A DNA stretch of 64,000 nt, from NCBI RefSeq assembly GCF_006345805.1, contig NC_043001.1:39990001-40054000 (forward strand), in the 5' to 3' direction. The DNA is from Octopus sinensis. Taxonomy: Eukaryota. Below are positions 1 to 12,229 of this stretch, piece after piece (the stretch's first letter is position 1; every line of letters starts with the position of its first letter). Made by a program: the position numbers and the translations under genes. A model generated the notes under the pieces. That model ran no database searches. It worked only from the letters and a program-made list of their open reading frames with translations, and had not been told where the DNA came from.

Positions 1-340
1 ACAAAAATGTTTGTTTTAATAATAATAACTTCTGATATTTTTATAACTTAATAATTTTGTTAATGTTATCAATAACATGCTAACAGCTACATCTCTCTCC
101 TGCAAATCAAACATATGATCTTAGCCATAATAAAGCTATCTCAATAATACTGAAACAATATATGGAAGAAACTTATAAACATTAAAATGTCATTGCTAGT
201 ATTTGTTTGTTACAACTAATAGCTTTTGAGAATTAACTGGAGCTTAAAGCTAGATTTTACAGAAATATATTTTGTTCATGATTATGATATCTCAATATTA
301 ACAGGAAAATATATACAAATGATTTTTATTTGGTACTTAC

Positions 341-622
341 TCGATAATGGTATTATTAGAAATTTATGACTCTTTTCAGTGCTCTGACAATCAATTCTTA
401 TATCATGGCTTGAAGTAACAGTGAAGTTTAAGATGTTGGTTTTGTCAGAATTCACACTTGCTTGTATGTCCGAATTTTTAAGAAACACCCATTTAGGGGC
501 GCTAATTTTGTCAACTCCCACTTGCCACACTTCAATTTCTTGCTTTTCAGTGAAACATTCTAAAGTTGATTGGTGATTTTTCTTCATAAATTTAATAGTA
601 GCATCATCTAATTGAAGACAAA
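341..622 (-). CDS. Coding exon 2 of a probable secreted or cell-surface protein; divergent Ig-like domain
   Basis: Acceptor tttttctttccttcag ends at 623 and donor A|gtaagt starts at 340. The exon is 282 nt, phase 1-1, fully open: CLQLDDATIKFMKKNHQSTLECFTEKQEIEVWQVG...NILNFTVTSSHDIRIDCQSTEKSHKFLIIPLS. It has C-x9-W, C-x55-C spacing, an L-x-F strand and an NFT sequon. The Ig assignment is inferred from pattern only. Confidence 0.7.
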
Positions 623-650
623 CTGAAGGAAAGAAAAATATAAAACATAT

Positions 651-651
<1 letters not shown>

Positions 652-737
<86 letters not shown>

Positions 738-780
738 TAGACAGATAGATAGACAGAGAAAGAGAGAGAGAGAGAGAGAG
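652..780. repeat. (ATAG)n followed by (AG)n microsatellite
   Basis: Visible tandem repeats. Confidence 0.97.
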
Positions 781-1084
781 TTATGGCAGGTTCATAGGGT
801 TACCTGGGGCTTTGCGTCTATAAAGCACTTATCTTTTCATACATCTCATCAGACCCTAATGGCCAATGGCTTATAATCTCTCTTCAAAGTGGAGCAAGAA
901 GAGGCCTCATGGTTAGTTTTTGAATACACAAAGAAGAAAGGTAAGTGCAAGGAATTGTCTCCATTATACCACTATCCAGAATCCACCCAGTTAGTTTGCA
1001 GGTCTCAGGATTTCAGTAAAATTCATCTGAAGTGTGAACAGGGTTCATTTACATCTGTCCTGAATTTAAAATGTTCCACAATTC

Positions 1085-1335
1085 AAGGGAGTTCTTTAAT
1101 ATCCTCAGCCATTCTGCTATGCACAGCTTGCAACATTTGCTCCCATTCATGTAGGGCCTGGTTTTTCTAGGATCTTCCATATGATTACAAGTGGAGTCCT
1201 TTTGTTCTTTAGGTGACACACGTGGCAGGCCAAGGACATAGCATAATGTCTTTCCAGGATCCTAAACAAGTATTTGTGGTTGGAGAGGAACTGCTTGAAG
1301 GTGTTTCTGGAACATCCAATATATTTTTGAATGCT
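1085..1335 (-). mobile_element. Penelope-like GIY-YIG endonuclease remnant in intron 1
   Basis: Translates KYIGCSRNTFKQFLSNHKY...SLACHVCHLKNK...WKILEK, then frameshifted NGSKCCKLCIAE, the typical PLE endonuclease C-terminus. Confidence 0.75.
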
Positions 1336-1339
1336 ACTA

Positions 1340-1630
1340 TTGGCGTTGTTGCTTCTGTTGATGTTGACACTGCTACTTCCATTATTGTTGGTGCTGGTGT
1401 TGGCACTGTTGTTGTTGTTATTGTTGTTGGTGTCTCCGTTGGTGCTGCTATAATCATCATCGTTGTTGGAACCGTTGTTGTCATTGTTATTATTGTTATC
1501 ATTATTAGCATTATCATTAGTGATGGTGCTGCTGCTATTTTTGCAATAGTTGCTGCTGTTGCTATAATTTAATAATAGCAAAGGTGTTGCTGCTATTCCT
1601 GCAACTTCCATATCTGTTGGAAAAGCTGCT
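1340..1630. repeat. Degenerate (TGT/TAT/TGC)n trinucleotide low-complexity tract
   Basis: Visible; it produces the N/T/V-rich ORFs in the track. Confidence 0.9.
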
Positions 1631-1730
1631 GCTATTAGGATCAGATATAATTAAGTTCTACAATCTATCAATAGATATAAATTTGTGATAGCTAAGAGTT
1701 CGAAGAAAAAATGTTTATATTATTACTTAC

Positions 1731-1785
1731 CACATAGGCATTGTACAGTTAAAAAGTGTTTCCAATATAACAGCTTGAATTCCAT
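1731..1785 (-). CDS. Coding exon 1 (signal-peptide-like) of the same gene
   Basis: gataATGG gives a good Kozak context, with an in-frame TAG just upstream. It encodes MEFKLLYWKHFLTVQCLC plus 1 nt, then G|gtaagt at 1730. This phase-1 end joins exon 622-341 in frame (GTT = V). A possible acceptor ttttctacattgtag at 1863 suggests a spliced 5' UTR. Confidence 0.6.
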
Positions 1786-2029
1786 TATCTATGAATAAAG
1801 GATAAATGCTAACAAGGAATAATCTCTGCAAATAAGGAGCATGAAGTTGGTGATGCAAAATTCTACAATGTAGAAAATAATTTAACATTAATAATAGGAA
1901 CTTAACTTTGCAAAAACAGGTCCCACTGAACAACAAGTGTTATTAAAGTGAGATTAAGATGAAGAGTGAGTATGTAAGACAGGACCATATAGAGAAAGAC
2001 CAGTAAAATACTAGATAAAATGAATTCAG

Positions 2030-2760
2030 GAAAAGGCAATGGAAAAACAAAATGCCATGGTGCAACATCTAAGTTTTGTTTGTCTATGCTTCAGGCATTT
2101 TCCATTACACTGTCTCTCAAATGCCTCAGGACATCCAAGTAAAACACTGTATTAATCATTTGATTACATGGTAAAAGAATGATCCAAAATGGAAGGGGAC
2201 TTAGGAGTCCTCTGTTTACCTTGATGGTAAATATCACTTCCCACTTCTTACCACCAAAGACCCAATCTTGTCATATGTTGCAAAGAAAGGAAACTAGTAA
2301 ATATAGCAAAGATGATAATTCCTTAGGAAGCAAACATCAAAGATGCTTTCTTCAGAAAACACAAAAAAGCAGTGAATTGTTTGAACTCTGTAAAAACAAT
2401 GGAATAAAGATGATATGCCTTCCTTTAAAGGTGACAGAGGATTTGTTGGAACCTGGGTTCACTCAATGCTTGAGAGTCTTGGACTAGCTGCAAAAGAGAC
2501 AAAAGATGTTGCTAGGAAATTGTTGGAAGCTGCTGAAAAAGTAAGTTATTACATCTGGTTCAAGAGAGAGGACAAGTGGCACACCAATATCAAGCATTCA
2601 GGATGATAGAAACATCTGGCCCAGAGTCATAACATCTGACTTGTGCTGCTGTGTGAGATTTTTGTTGCTGACATTGTTCGGTAGTGCCAGGTAGCTATGG
2701 TGTCAAAGTGGAAGGAGTTAAAACACCTGGAGAACTGCTTCACCACCTGATGAAACATTG
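2030..2760 (+). mobile_element. R2-clade (Hero-like) non-LTR element: restriction-like endonuclease C-terminus and 3' UTR, degraded
   Basis: GDRGFVGTWVHSMLESLGL...LLEAAEKVSYYIWFKREDKW resembles the Hero C-terminal GCRGF...EAAEKAS-W-W-KR motif. It is followed by a UTR-like tail. Confidence 0.65.
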
Positions 2761-3149
2761 GCTTGTGCAATGTAATTGCACCTCCATTTTCGATCTTTTC
2801 AGTTTTTGGAAATTTTTATACATATGTAGTTCTTCATGCTACAAAAATCATAATCAATGTTTCTGTGAAATTAAAACTACAGGAGTTATGTAACTTAAGC
2901 CAATCAGATGCAACTATTTTTGACACACCAGAAATCAGAATGTATGTTCCCTCACTATTTTCTTTTTTTTTTATTTGAGACATGTGTTTTGGAGACACAT
3001 GTGTAAAGATGAAAAATATCTTATGAAAGAATATGAAACCAAAAAAATTAAGAAAAGAAAAACGGAAAAATGAAACAAAAGAATTTAATGAAAGGAAATG
3101 AAACAGTACAACTAATTTAGGCATAGCTGCTGAAATTCTGCAATGCACG

Positions 3150-3620
3150 ACAACATTTTTTGAAAGAGATCCCAATTTCAGTGTCTTTGTTACCACATTA
3201 ATTTGCAGAGACTTGAATCTATCAAAGAACAAGTTACTCAGTGCCATATCTGCTACATCCCATGTCACACACTGCCAAAGTCTCATTGCTTCAGCAACAC
3301 GCTTCCTTGATAGTGTTTCTGTCTGAAATGAATTGTCTCATCTATCCCAAAAATTATCATGGGGCCACCTATTTGTACTGGATTTTGTAGTAGGTCCTCA
3401 ATACACACTTCTCTCATACAGTTGTTATAATCAACCACAGTAATTTCTTACTCCTCACAGAAACTGACAGAAGTAAATTCTTTCACTAAACAATAGTTAT
3501 TGATGGAAGAATACAACCTTCAAACCAGTTTCCTTTCTGTGCTTTCAAAGCATACAGTATTATAGATCTACTACAGTGAATCTTACCAATCAGTTTCACA
3601 CAGAATATTAGGTAATCAGA
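3150..3620 (-). mobile_element. Merlin (ISXO2/IS1595-like) transposase remnant
   Basis: Translates VDYNNCMREVCIEDLLQNPVQIGGPMIIFGIDET, then RQKHYQGSVLLKQ. This matches the REVC...IGG-G--VEIDES...RK-H-GR motif. Confidence 0.75.
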
Positions 3621-3699
3621 TTATCTAATAACTGTACTCTTCAGAAATAGCTAGCATGAAAAAACAGTGGCTGTTCTCTGTAACTGGAAGTGAGAAAGT

Positions 3700-4515
3700 G
3701 TCACATCCAGTTCGTAGTTGCAAGGAAAACGATGTACTGCGACATAGAGACAGTTGTATATGAGGTAGAGATGACATCAAAGGATTCCAGTGAGCGGTCA
3801 GATGTTTGGAAGTATAAGGGTATGACAAGAGATCCTTTCAGACCCAGATTTAAACAACCATAAATCGCCCTTTAATATCCAGAAGAGACAAAATGTCATA
3901 GCCCTAGAAAGGCATGTATGGTTGTCAAAAGAAATTGCCATGTTTTACATCAAGTGGAGAGTCTTGGAGAAGTACAGGCCTTACTTTAACAGTAGCATTT
4001 TCATGCAGGCTAGGTCTAGCTGAGAAAAAACTCTACAACCAGCTTATGAGGTATGGACTTATATGCATAGGCAAGATTCAGATCTCTTTTATTTTCTCTG
4101 GCTTCCCTGTTTAACTTCTCTGTGTAATCACAACTAAGTGCTCCAGACACCCTGATACATTTTGGATACCTCCTTTCTAGAATGAGGTATTGATGTAGGA
4201 ATTCTTCAGAAAACATTCTATCAGGTGCCTAGCAACAATACTGAAGAATATCTGGTGGTTACTATGAAAGCTAGGTGTAGATAGATGTCTAGTGAGAGTT
4301 TCTGGTGAGAGTCATTCAAACAATGTATAGGGATGCTATTAGTAATGTGAAAGTTAACAATGAGTACAGCGATGAATTTTTTGTACAGCTAGGAATTCAT
4401 CAAGGTTCAGTTATCAGTTCCCTCTTATCTATCCTAGTCCTCCAGGCCATAATGGAATAATTTAAGACTAGTTGCTCATGGGAACTTCTCTATGCTGATG
4501 ACCTTGTTCTTATAG
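3700..4515 (+). mobile_element. Degraded RTE-clade LINE reverse transcriptase fragment
   Basis: 4240-4515 aligns by eye with the RTE at 15.5 kb and ends at WELLYADDLVL. Confidence 0.75.
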
Positions 4516-4529
4516 TTAAAACTGTAGTA

Positions 4530-4700
4530 CCTGCCATTCACTTATTGTGTTTAAGAACCTGATGAAGTGTGTCAGTGAAAGGATTTCAAACCTGTCTGCA
4601 AATAAAGGGATTTTCGATGCAGTGGCCACCTGTTGCAATGAGGCCTTAGCAGCCAGCAGGTTTAAACACCATTTCTCCTTTATGGTGAGACCTAGTTTCT
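4530..4700 (+). mobile_element. Penelope-like RT-thumb/linker fragment
   Basis: FKNLMKCVSERISNLSANKGIFDAVA...NEAL is homologous to FKNLVKNIRKRISSLSSDRDIFNSVALVYNNAL at 11.7 kb. Confidence 0.7.
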
Positions 4701-7700
4701 TGATAAAAAATTTTTTTATTGATTCTAAATAATTGGTTTTGCTGGTATTATTTAATCCATTGTTCAAACCTAGTTAGTTTTATTTTCTTGGCAAATATGT
4801 GTTGCTGCAGTCCTTCAATTACAACATTCAGTCCTTTTGTATCAACACCATACTTCTCCAATTTTTCAAATTTGCTATCATTCTTCAATTCTCCTCTTCT
4901 TTTACTGTCAAGTATTACCACTACACTGCAGAAGCATTGGTACTTGGAACATATCACACAACCATTCCATCAGTTCCTCCAACTTCTTTGGTTCACTCTC
5001 CACAAATCATTTTTTCAGTTGATTCCTGTGTCTCTTTTGCATGCCTTTTCTACTTGTTACTCAATACATCATTTTACTTATGCATTTGGTAATCATGCCA
5101 TCTTCCCAACTCTTCTTTCCATTCTTGTATGCCCTCATATACACCTTTTTACCAACTTTAAAGAATCTTACTGTTTTCTCTGGGTAGCAATTTACCAAAG
5201 ACTGGTTTTATTTTCTGTGCAAACATCATCTCCACAGGTAGTCTACCTGCTGGTGTATTTAGATTTGGTGTCACACAGTACACTCTTAAGAATTGTTGTA
5301 GAGCTACCTTATCCATGACTTCCTTATTTGACTTTCTTAGGGTTCTCTTGAAGATATCAGCAAAGCGTTCTGCCTTTCTGTTAGATCTGGGATGGTATGG
5401 TCCAGTAGTTATATACTCTACTGCGAACATTTCACATAATTTTTAAAATTCAACAGACACAAATTGTGTTCCATTGTCAGACACTATCATGTCTAGGATG
5501 CCAAATCTTTCAAACAATTTGTACAAAAATTTATCACAGTTGAGGAGGTTGGTTTCTTAAACTTACAAATTTCAGGCCATTTCAAGAAACTATCAACTAC
5601 CACTAAGTAGTAAGAACAATTTAAAGGCCCAGCAACATCAATGTGTAATCTTGGCCTCGGAACATCTACTTTTGGCCAAGATTCACTTTTTATAGTGGGC
5701 AATTTTGCTGCTAGAGCACATCCTCTACAGCCTTTCACCAAATTTTCAATTTCTCTGTCCATTTTGGGCCAGTATACATAACTGCACATTAAAGCTTTCA
5801 TCCTTGAAATACTAGGACGTCTGATGTGAAATTATCTCAACACTTTCTTTTGTAGTGTTTCTGATATCACTATTGTCTATGCATACATCAGTATGCCATC
5901 ACACATTGAGTATAGATCACATCTTCGCTTCATTTCGCACCAACCCTTTTCCTGTTTTTTTTATAAACTTGTCTTTTACCACATTCCACTTTATATCCTC
6001 CAGGGTTACCAGCAACTCTCATACTACGTTCCACATCACATTTTTATTTCACCTTCTGCTCTTAGAGATGCTATTACCACATCTTCAAGTGGCTTACCAT
6101 GTTTTGGTATTAGTCTGGACAAACCATCTGCATGCCCTAGTTTTTTCAACAGTTAAATACTCCATTCTGTAGTCATAATTTAATAGTATAGCGCCCAATT
6201 TCTGTGTGCATTGGGATTCCGTTTTTGGAATCCTTTTTATTGTCATTGTCATATTTATGTATAAGTACAGCTCCTGCTCCATACTCACTTGCATTTATAG
6301 CCAATATAGTTTCCAACTATGGATCAAAATATGTCAATGATACATCTGAAGTTAAAATACTTTTCAATTCATCGAATGCCTTCTGACACTTAACAATCCA
6401 ACACCATTTTGTATTCTTTTTCAACAGATCATTGAGTGGGGCCCTTACATTATGTATGTTCAGAATGTAGATTTGGCAATAGTTTACCAAACACAAAACT
6501 GCCTACAGCATAGTTACATTTTTCAGTGTGGGCATATTCTTTATCACCATTGCCCTTGATGGATCCAGTTTTCTACCATTTTTGTCAATTACTTGTCTAA
6601 ATATTTGATTTTATTCAGCAAGAACTCACATTTTTCCTCCATTAACTTGAACCCGTATTCTCCTATTTTCTCAAATACTCTTTTAACATGTTCAAATTGT
6701 TGTTTCTGTGATTCACTCTTTATTAAAATATCGTCTAGATAGGTGATAGCAAAATCACTATCACTCAGCATTGTATCCATTACTTGCTGAAATATGGCAG
6801 CAGCCACTTTTACACCAATGGAAAATTGCTTAAATTTGAATAAGTCACAGCATGTGTTAATTGTTAATAAATGTGCACATTCTTCTACTTGTATTTGTAG
6901 ATATGCATCTGAGAGGTCAAATTTTGAGAAGAATTTCCCTCCATTCAATTTCGCAAGTACTCCCTCCAGACTTGGCAGTGGGTAGTTATGTGCAACTAAA
7001 CAATCATTCAACCCTGTTGAAAAATCTGCAGAAACTCTTAGTTTGTTATTCTTATTTTTCACATAAACTGTCAGTGCTGCCCAGTCTGTCTTTTCAATTA
7101 TTCCAAGACTTTACAGTCTTTCAAGTTCTTTGTTAACCAGGTCTATTACTGTGAATGGTACATTCTGTTTAGGCCTAAAGACTGGTGTTGCACTTTGTTT
7201 TACAGTGATCTTAGCTTGTTTTTGTACAACAACCCAGTCCTTCCAAAAAAACATCTGGAAATTATTTTTTATTATTTTTTGTTTCATTCCTTCAGCCTCA
7301 TTTGAACCTTTGACTGACCAACAATATTTCCACTTGAAATTCTTATGGGCGTATCCCACAATTTGAATAGTCTCATCCACTCTGTGCCAAGTAGGTTAAG
7401 TGGATCTTTTGATACATTATCTTTGCCTTTTCAATTTAAAAGCACTCCACTTTTTTAAATGGATAATTTTTCCTCCGGTATATACCTCCACAAACAAAAC
7501 ATGGGCTTATTTTCTGATTTTTGTCATGTTTTTTAGAAAACACTTTATCTCTATTCTGACTATTTCGCACTTGCTTTTCTTGGAAACTATCTTTCTGTTT
7601 AATTACTTTTGTATTGTGTCTTAATTTGACTATCCTTTCACATTCTTCTGATACTTGCTGTAGGGTTTAATCTTGGTTTTGTTCCAGCTTTGTGAAAACT

Positions 7701-8633
7701 CTAGTTCTAAATTCTGCATCCTTTTTGGCAGTTAGTCCCTATGTAAAAACAGGCATTTGAACATATCTGGTGTTAATTCGTCAAGCTTAAACTTCTCACA
7801 TTCCCTGTTTACTCTACTAGCATATGTGATGTAGTCCTCATTGTTGCTTTTTCTTCTATGTTCAGACACTTCCATCATGTGTTGAACAATGAGTTTTTTC
7901 ACTGAAAATTTTACACAATATATCTATTGTGTCATTAAAGTTTATGTCCAAAGGTTTTCTCAGAAGTACATAATTGCTGTAATATTCATGTTCTGCTGCC
8001 GCCAGTTTTCTTAAGATTAAGCGCATTTTCATCCCATCATCCCAACCTTTACAATCTTTCTTGAAGATTTGCTCATGTCTTCTGTAGTATGCTTCGAAGG
8101 TAACTCCTTTATTAGGATCATGTTTCAACTCTGTTAGAAAGTTCACAGCATAGTCTGTCAAGAACATTTTTTCTGACTTTCCTGACAACTTCAGTAATTG
8201 CAGCATTTGTTGCTGTAATATTATTTGTTGTTGTTGCTCTTGCAGATGTATTTGCTGTTGTTGTTGCTGTTTTTGCAACTCAAGCAAACCTGCCAACAAA
8301 CTTTCCATACTTTTACGATTTTTCATAAAATTCGTACACCAACTTTGTGAGTTTATTAACTCCTTTTCGAGTCTTTATTAACTCCACATGAACTGAGTTA
8401 TCTTCATTGAGTTTATTAATTCCTCATGAGTTGTTTAAATCCTCATCACCACTGTTATATCCTTAAAATGTTGGATTGTTATAATGCCCACTCTGGTATA
8501 CAGTATACTTAGTAAAACCAGTAAAGATACAACTATCTCTGACTGCATACTGTGTATTCTAGTACTTCATGTACTTCTTTTTACTTATAGTGACTTGGTT
8601 ATTCCATTTGTCATGTAGTAATTCCCTACAACA
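4700..8633 (-). mobile_element. Ty3/Gypsy LTR retrotransposon, degraded, 3' LTR missing
   Basis: 5' LTR TG...CA at 8633-8453, followed by PBS-like tggtgatgagg. Contains gag with poly-Q (8326-7862), RT (KFDLSDAYLQ, YLDDIL; 7062-6589), RNase H (about 6400-6090) and integrase (YWPKM, RLHIDVAGP, YHPRSNRKAERF; 5800-5158). Multiple stops and frameshifts. Confidence 0.92.
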
Positions 8634-9289
8634 TAAATGAGGTGTATTTTCAGGTTACCACCAAGTGGAATTTTTATCAAGACACCATCTCTAGTAAGGT
8701 TGCCCACCAAGGTGGAAGAGGCCTTGCTTCGCTGGTTTTGAAATCAGAGTTGTCCTTCTCCTAGACTGATTGTCATTCAAGGCTAATGAAGTGAGCCTAC
8801 ATGAAGCACCAGTTATTTGAAGGCACCAGACATTCACCTTTTTACACTCTTCTCCTGCTAGTTTGGAGAAAGCTTGGATTTAGGCTTTGAATGTCATAGG
8901 TTATGTTTTGAACACTATTATTATTGCCATCATTATCTTTCAATTTTCTTTCCATTTTTTTACTGAGTGTCTTCCTGACACATAAGGCAAATAAAATCAC
9001 TGTATACATTGGTAGGCCATTAAAATAAACACACCAGATTGTTCATTTACAAAGTCATGGGATAGAAAAAAGGGGAAGAAAGACTGAGAGAAAAAGGAAA
9101 GAAAAAAGAATGAAAAAGTAAACGAAGAAAATAAAGGGAAAAGGAACGAAAATTCACTACAACAATGCTCTTCTAAATACATGTGATATACCAGTTAAGA
9201 CAATCATTTGCACTTTCTGCATGGACTGTAAGCCAGGGATCTTCCTCAAATAATTTTCAGTTATTATTAGTCTTTGCACAGCTTCTATT

Positions 9290-9770
9290 GCTGGAAATGT
9301 ACTACGGTGCCAGCTGTTCACTACCAGTGAACTAAGATAACACCTCTTATTTTTCAAGCACCTTCTGAAGTATTCAAGTGGCTCCAAGCAGTGCTGTTTT
9401 CTACAAGTGCCCCGCCCTTATTGCAGCCCCTATTTGTTCCATAAACTTCTCAAGATTTTTACTCACTGTTACTATTGCTACCTTTTTCATCGACCACAAC
9501 TGCTTAACTTCCCGAGTTAACCTATCATACCTCTTGAGTTTTCTTTCTTCCTTGTTGCATACCTTCGGGTTTGTGGTTGTACAAATTTTTTGCTCTGTCA
9601 AGTTCATACTTGTTGCAAAGTGTCCAATGGACAAGCCTGGCTGTATTGTCGTGGTGTCACTTATATTCCTTCTGGGCTAGTGGCATACATATGTCATACA
9701 GTTTCACAAGCTATGACCCCAGTGGGCTTCATGCCATTCTTGGAAATGTAGTCTATTCTTAGCTACAATA
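9290..9770 (-). mobile_element. R4/Dong-like REL LINE C-terminal remnant
   Basis: Translates LAQKEYK*HHDNTARLVHWTLCNKYELDRAKN, then KEERKLKRYDRLTREVKQLWSMKKV. Confidence 0.7.
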
Positions 9771-10067
9771 ACAACAACATGAATTTCTTTCAGCTTCTTG
9801 CTCTGTTAAAGTATTTGAGGAAAATTATATTAATATGTCCAACTGATTAAAATTCTATTTATTTGTGCAGCTGATGATGGCACCATATTTAAATTGATGT
9901 AATGATTGCATTGTTTGAAACGGTCGTACTGCATCACTACTTGATATCCTGTTGCTTATTTTGATTTTATTTACCTTACTTTGAGCTGTACAGATAATAC
10001 CAGACTGACTTGGAGCTTCAACTTAAGTACCTAATTCAACAGAATCCTATATATATATATATATAAT

Positions 10068-12229
10068 ATGTGACAATTATTCGGTTACAATAATGAGACT
10101 CCAAGTTTCGGATGTCGGGGCGGAAAACTGCTCTGGCATCTCATCAGTTATCAAGGCAATCAAACAGTGGTATGAAAATGACCGTTAAACAAAGGGAAAT
10201 TACTATGTAATTGACTATTATTAAGACAAAAGAGCTATTAGAATGACCATTAAATAAGAGGAAAAACCGAAGGGGAGAAAGTAAACAAGTAAGGAAGTAA
10301 AAATGCTTATAGAAATCGTGTAAGCGTGCATGTACATACACATGTGCGCACGCACACCTACGTACATGTGCCTATATGCATATGCTCACTCACATTCACG
10401 TGAAACACATACATGCACACCCACACATGTGCCTATATATGCACATATATGCAACCATACATGTACACATATGCATATCTGTACACATGCATGTGCACAC
10501 ACACGCATGTGCACACACACACACACACATGTGCACATACCCATACGTGCACAATTATTTTCAAATACACGTCTAAAATACGCACATGCTATATCTGCAT
10601 ATGCTCACTCACACTCGCATGTACACCCACATATATATACAACTATACACATATACATATACATGTACATATATACATACCCGCACACACACATGCACAC
10701 ACGTGTATATACTCATACATGCACAAAAAAGTTCATATATATGTCTATATACGCACATGCACAAGAAAATGCAGGGTGAAAGGTAAATTACAGAAAAAAA
10801 TGTGTAAAAATATATAAAGCAATAGATATATAAAAATATATAAATAAATATGTAAAAATATATATACAAAAATATAGAGAGATAAAATGCTTGTACGTGG
10901 GCACAATATAAAAAGCAGGTTCTATCTGTGATCTTAGGGGGACCAAAAACGTAACAAATATTTAGCCATATGTGGACATGATCCAAAAAGTTCAGTTCTT
11001 GAATTTAGATATGTAGCGGGGTCTAAGCTGCTTTTCCAGATGAGCCATCTTTCCATATCACAAAGACCACACTTTCCACTGCCGTTGGTGTAAGGCTAAG
11101 ATCTTCCAACGGATGTTGTAATTGACACCTTTATCGTTTAAGGACCATATAATTTGGTCGTTTTTCTTTTATCCCAGTGCCTGAAGCTCAAGGTGCGATT
11201 GTTGAACCTGGCCTTAAAATTCCCCTCTGTGAGACCCACATATTTCTTTGTTGAAACTGTGTTCTTAGTGGTTGTAGAGACAACGGTGGCTTCATAAATG
11301 ATGGTCTCGGACACACAAGCTCCATTTAGCAGGTACAAAATTTTATCCTTGCATGAACAGCTGGTTTCATTTTGTGGTTTTTAAGTGTTGTGTGCGATTA
11401 TATTTTAAAAATTAGTAGTTGAGCTAAAACTGATTTTTAAGTTATGTCTATTGAAGAGCTTTCTGCAACTATGATTGATTGAAAAATGTCTATCTATAAG
11501 TGCTAAGAAATACTTACCTATATTAAAGGTCACTTTGGGGGAGTAAGGGGGTGTGAACTAAATAGTTTTCTTATTCCTATGTTTCATTTTCTTTATTATT
11601 GGACTGGTAACAGGTGTCTGGGTTATTTCCTTGCTAAATCCTCGATCTTTTAGAGCATTATTATATACTAGGGCAACACTATTAAAAATGTCCCTATCAG
11701 AGGAGAGGCTAGAAATTCTTTTTCTAATGTTTTTAACTAAATTTTTAAACACTATGGGGGATGGCAGGAACCCACATTAATATAGCTAAATCTATCGTTG
11801 GAATTCCTATAAGCTTTGTAAATATTCTTATTTAGATCTAAGTATACTTCTAGGAAATTGACAACCCTCAGGTTGGTATCTGTAGTTATGATAAGACTGA
11901 AAGTTTTCATCATTTGGGTAATGTCCTTCCTAAACAGATCTTGTGCTGGTCCATTGGTATTTGTGATTAAAGCTGCCCAAGGTTAAAGCGATTTCTATTA
12001 CCCTTTTTACTTCTTTACTAGCTTACTTTCTCCCCTTCAGTTTTTTCCCCTTATTTAACGGTCATTCTAATAGCTTTTTTGTCTTAATAGCGGTCAATTA
12101 CATAGTAATTTCCCTTTGTTTAATGGTCATTTTCATACCATTTTTTGATTGCCTCAATAACTGATGCAGTTTTCCGCCCCGACATCCGAAACTTGGAGTC
12201 TCATTATGGCAACCGAATAATTGTCACAT
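10068..12229 (-). mobile_element. 5'-truncated Penelope-like element with inverted pseudo-LTRs
   Basis: Arms 10068-10325 and 11985-12229 are reverse complements (about 250 bp, diverged). The interior 11985-10900 encodes the RT C-terminus (NFLEVYLDL), the linker and GIY-YIG (IIYEATV...YVGLTEGNFKARFNN...CGLCDME) with stops. A CA/TA tract lies at 10330-10900. Confidence 0.88.
10090..10153 (-). ncRNA. Hammerhead-like motif in the left pLTR (degenerate stem I)
   Basis: Reads CTGATGA-GATGCC...GACATC-GAAA-CTTGGAG-TC. The inverted copy at 12161-12210 has an 11-nt deletion in the core. Confidence 0.5.

Noticed and set aside
1731-1936. 69-aa ORF read as a 132-nt phase 2-2 coding exon
   Set aside because: Its phase is incompatible with the phase-1 exon at 622. 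The alternative frame from ATG 1785 fits.
10330-10986. ORFs rich in H/T/Y/I/C/V/M (also at 17.6, 20.5, 24.9, 34.8, 36-38, 46.3 and 59.4 kb)
   Set aside because: They are translations of (CA)n, (TA)n and (ATAC)n microsatellites that lack stops.
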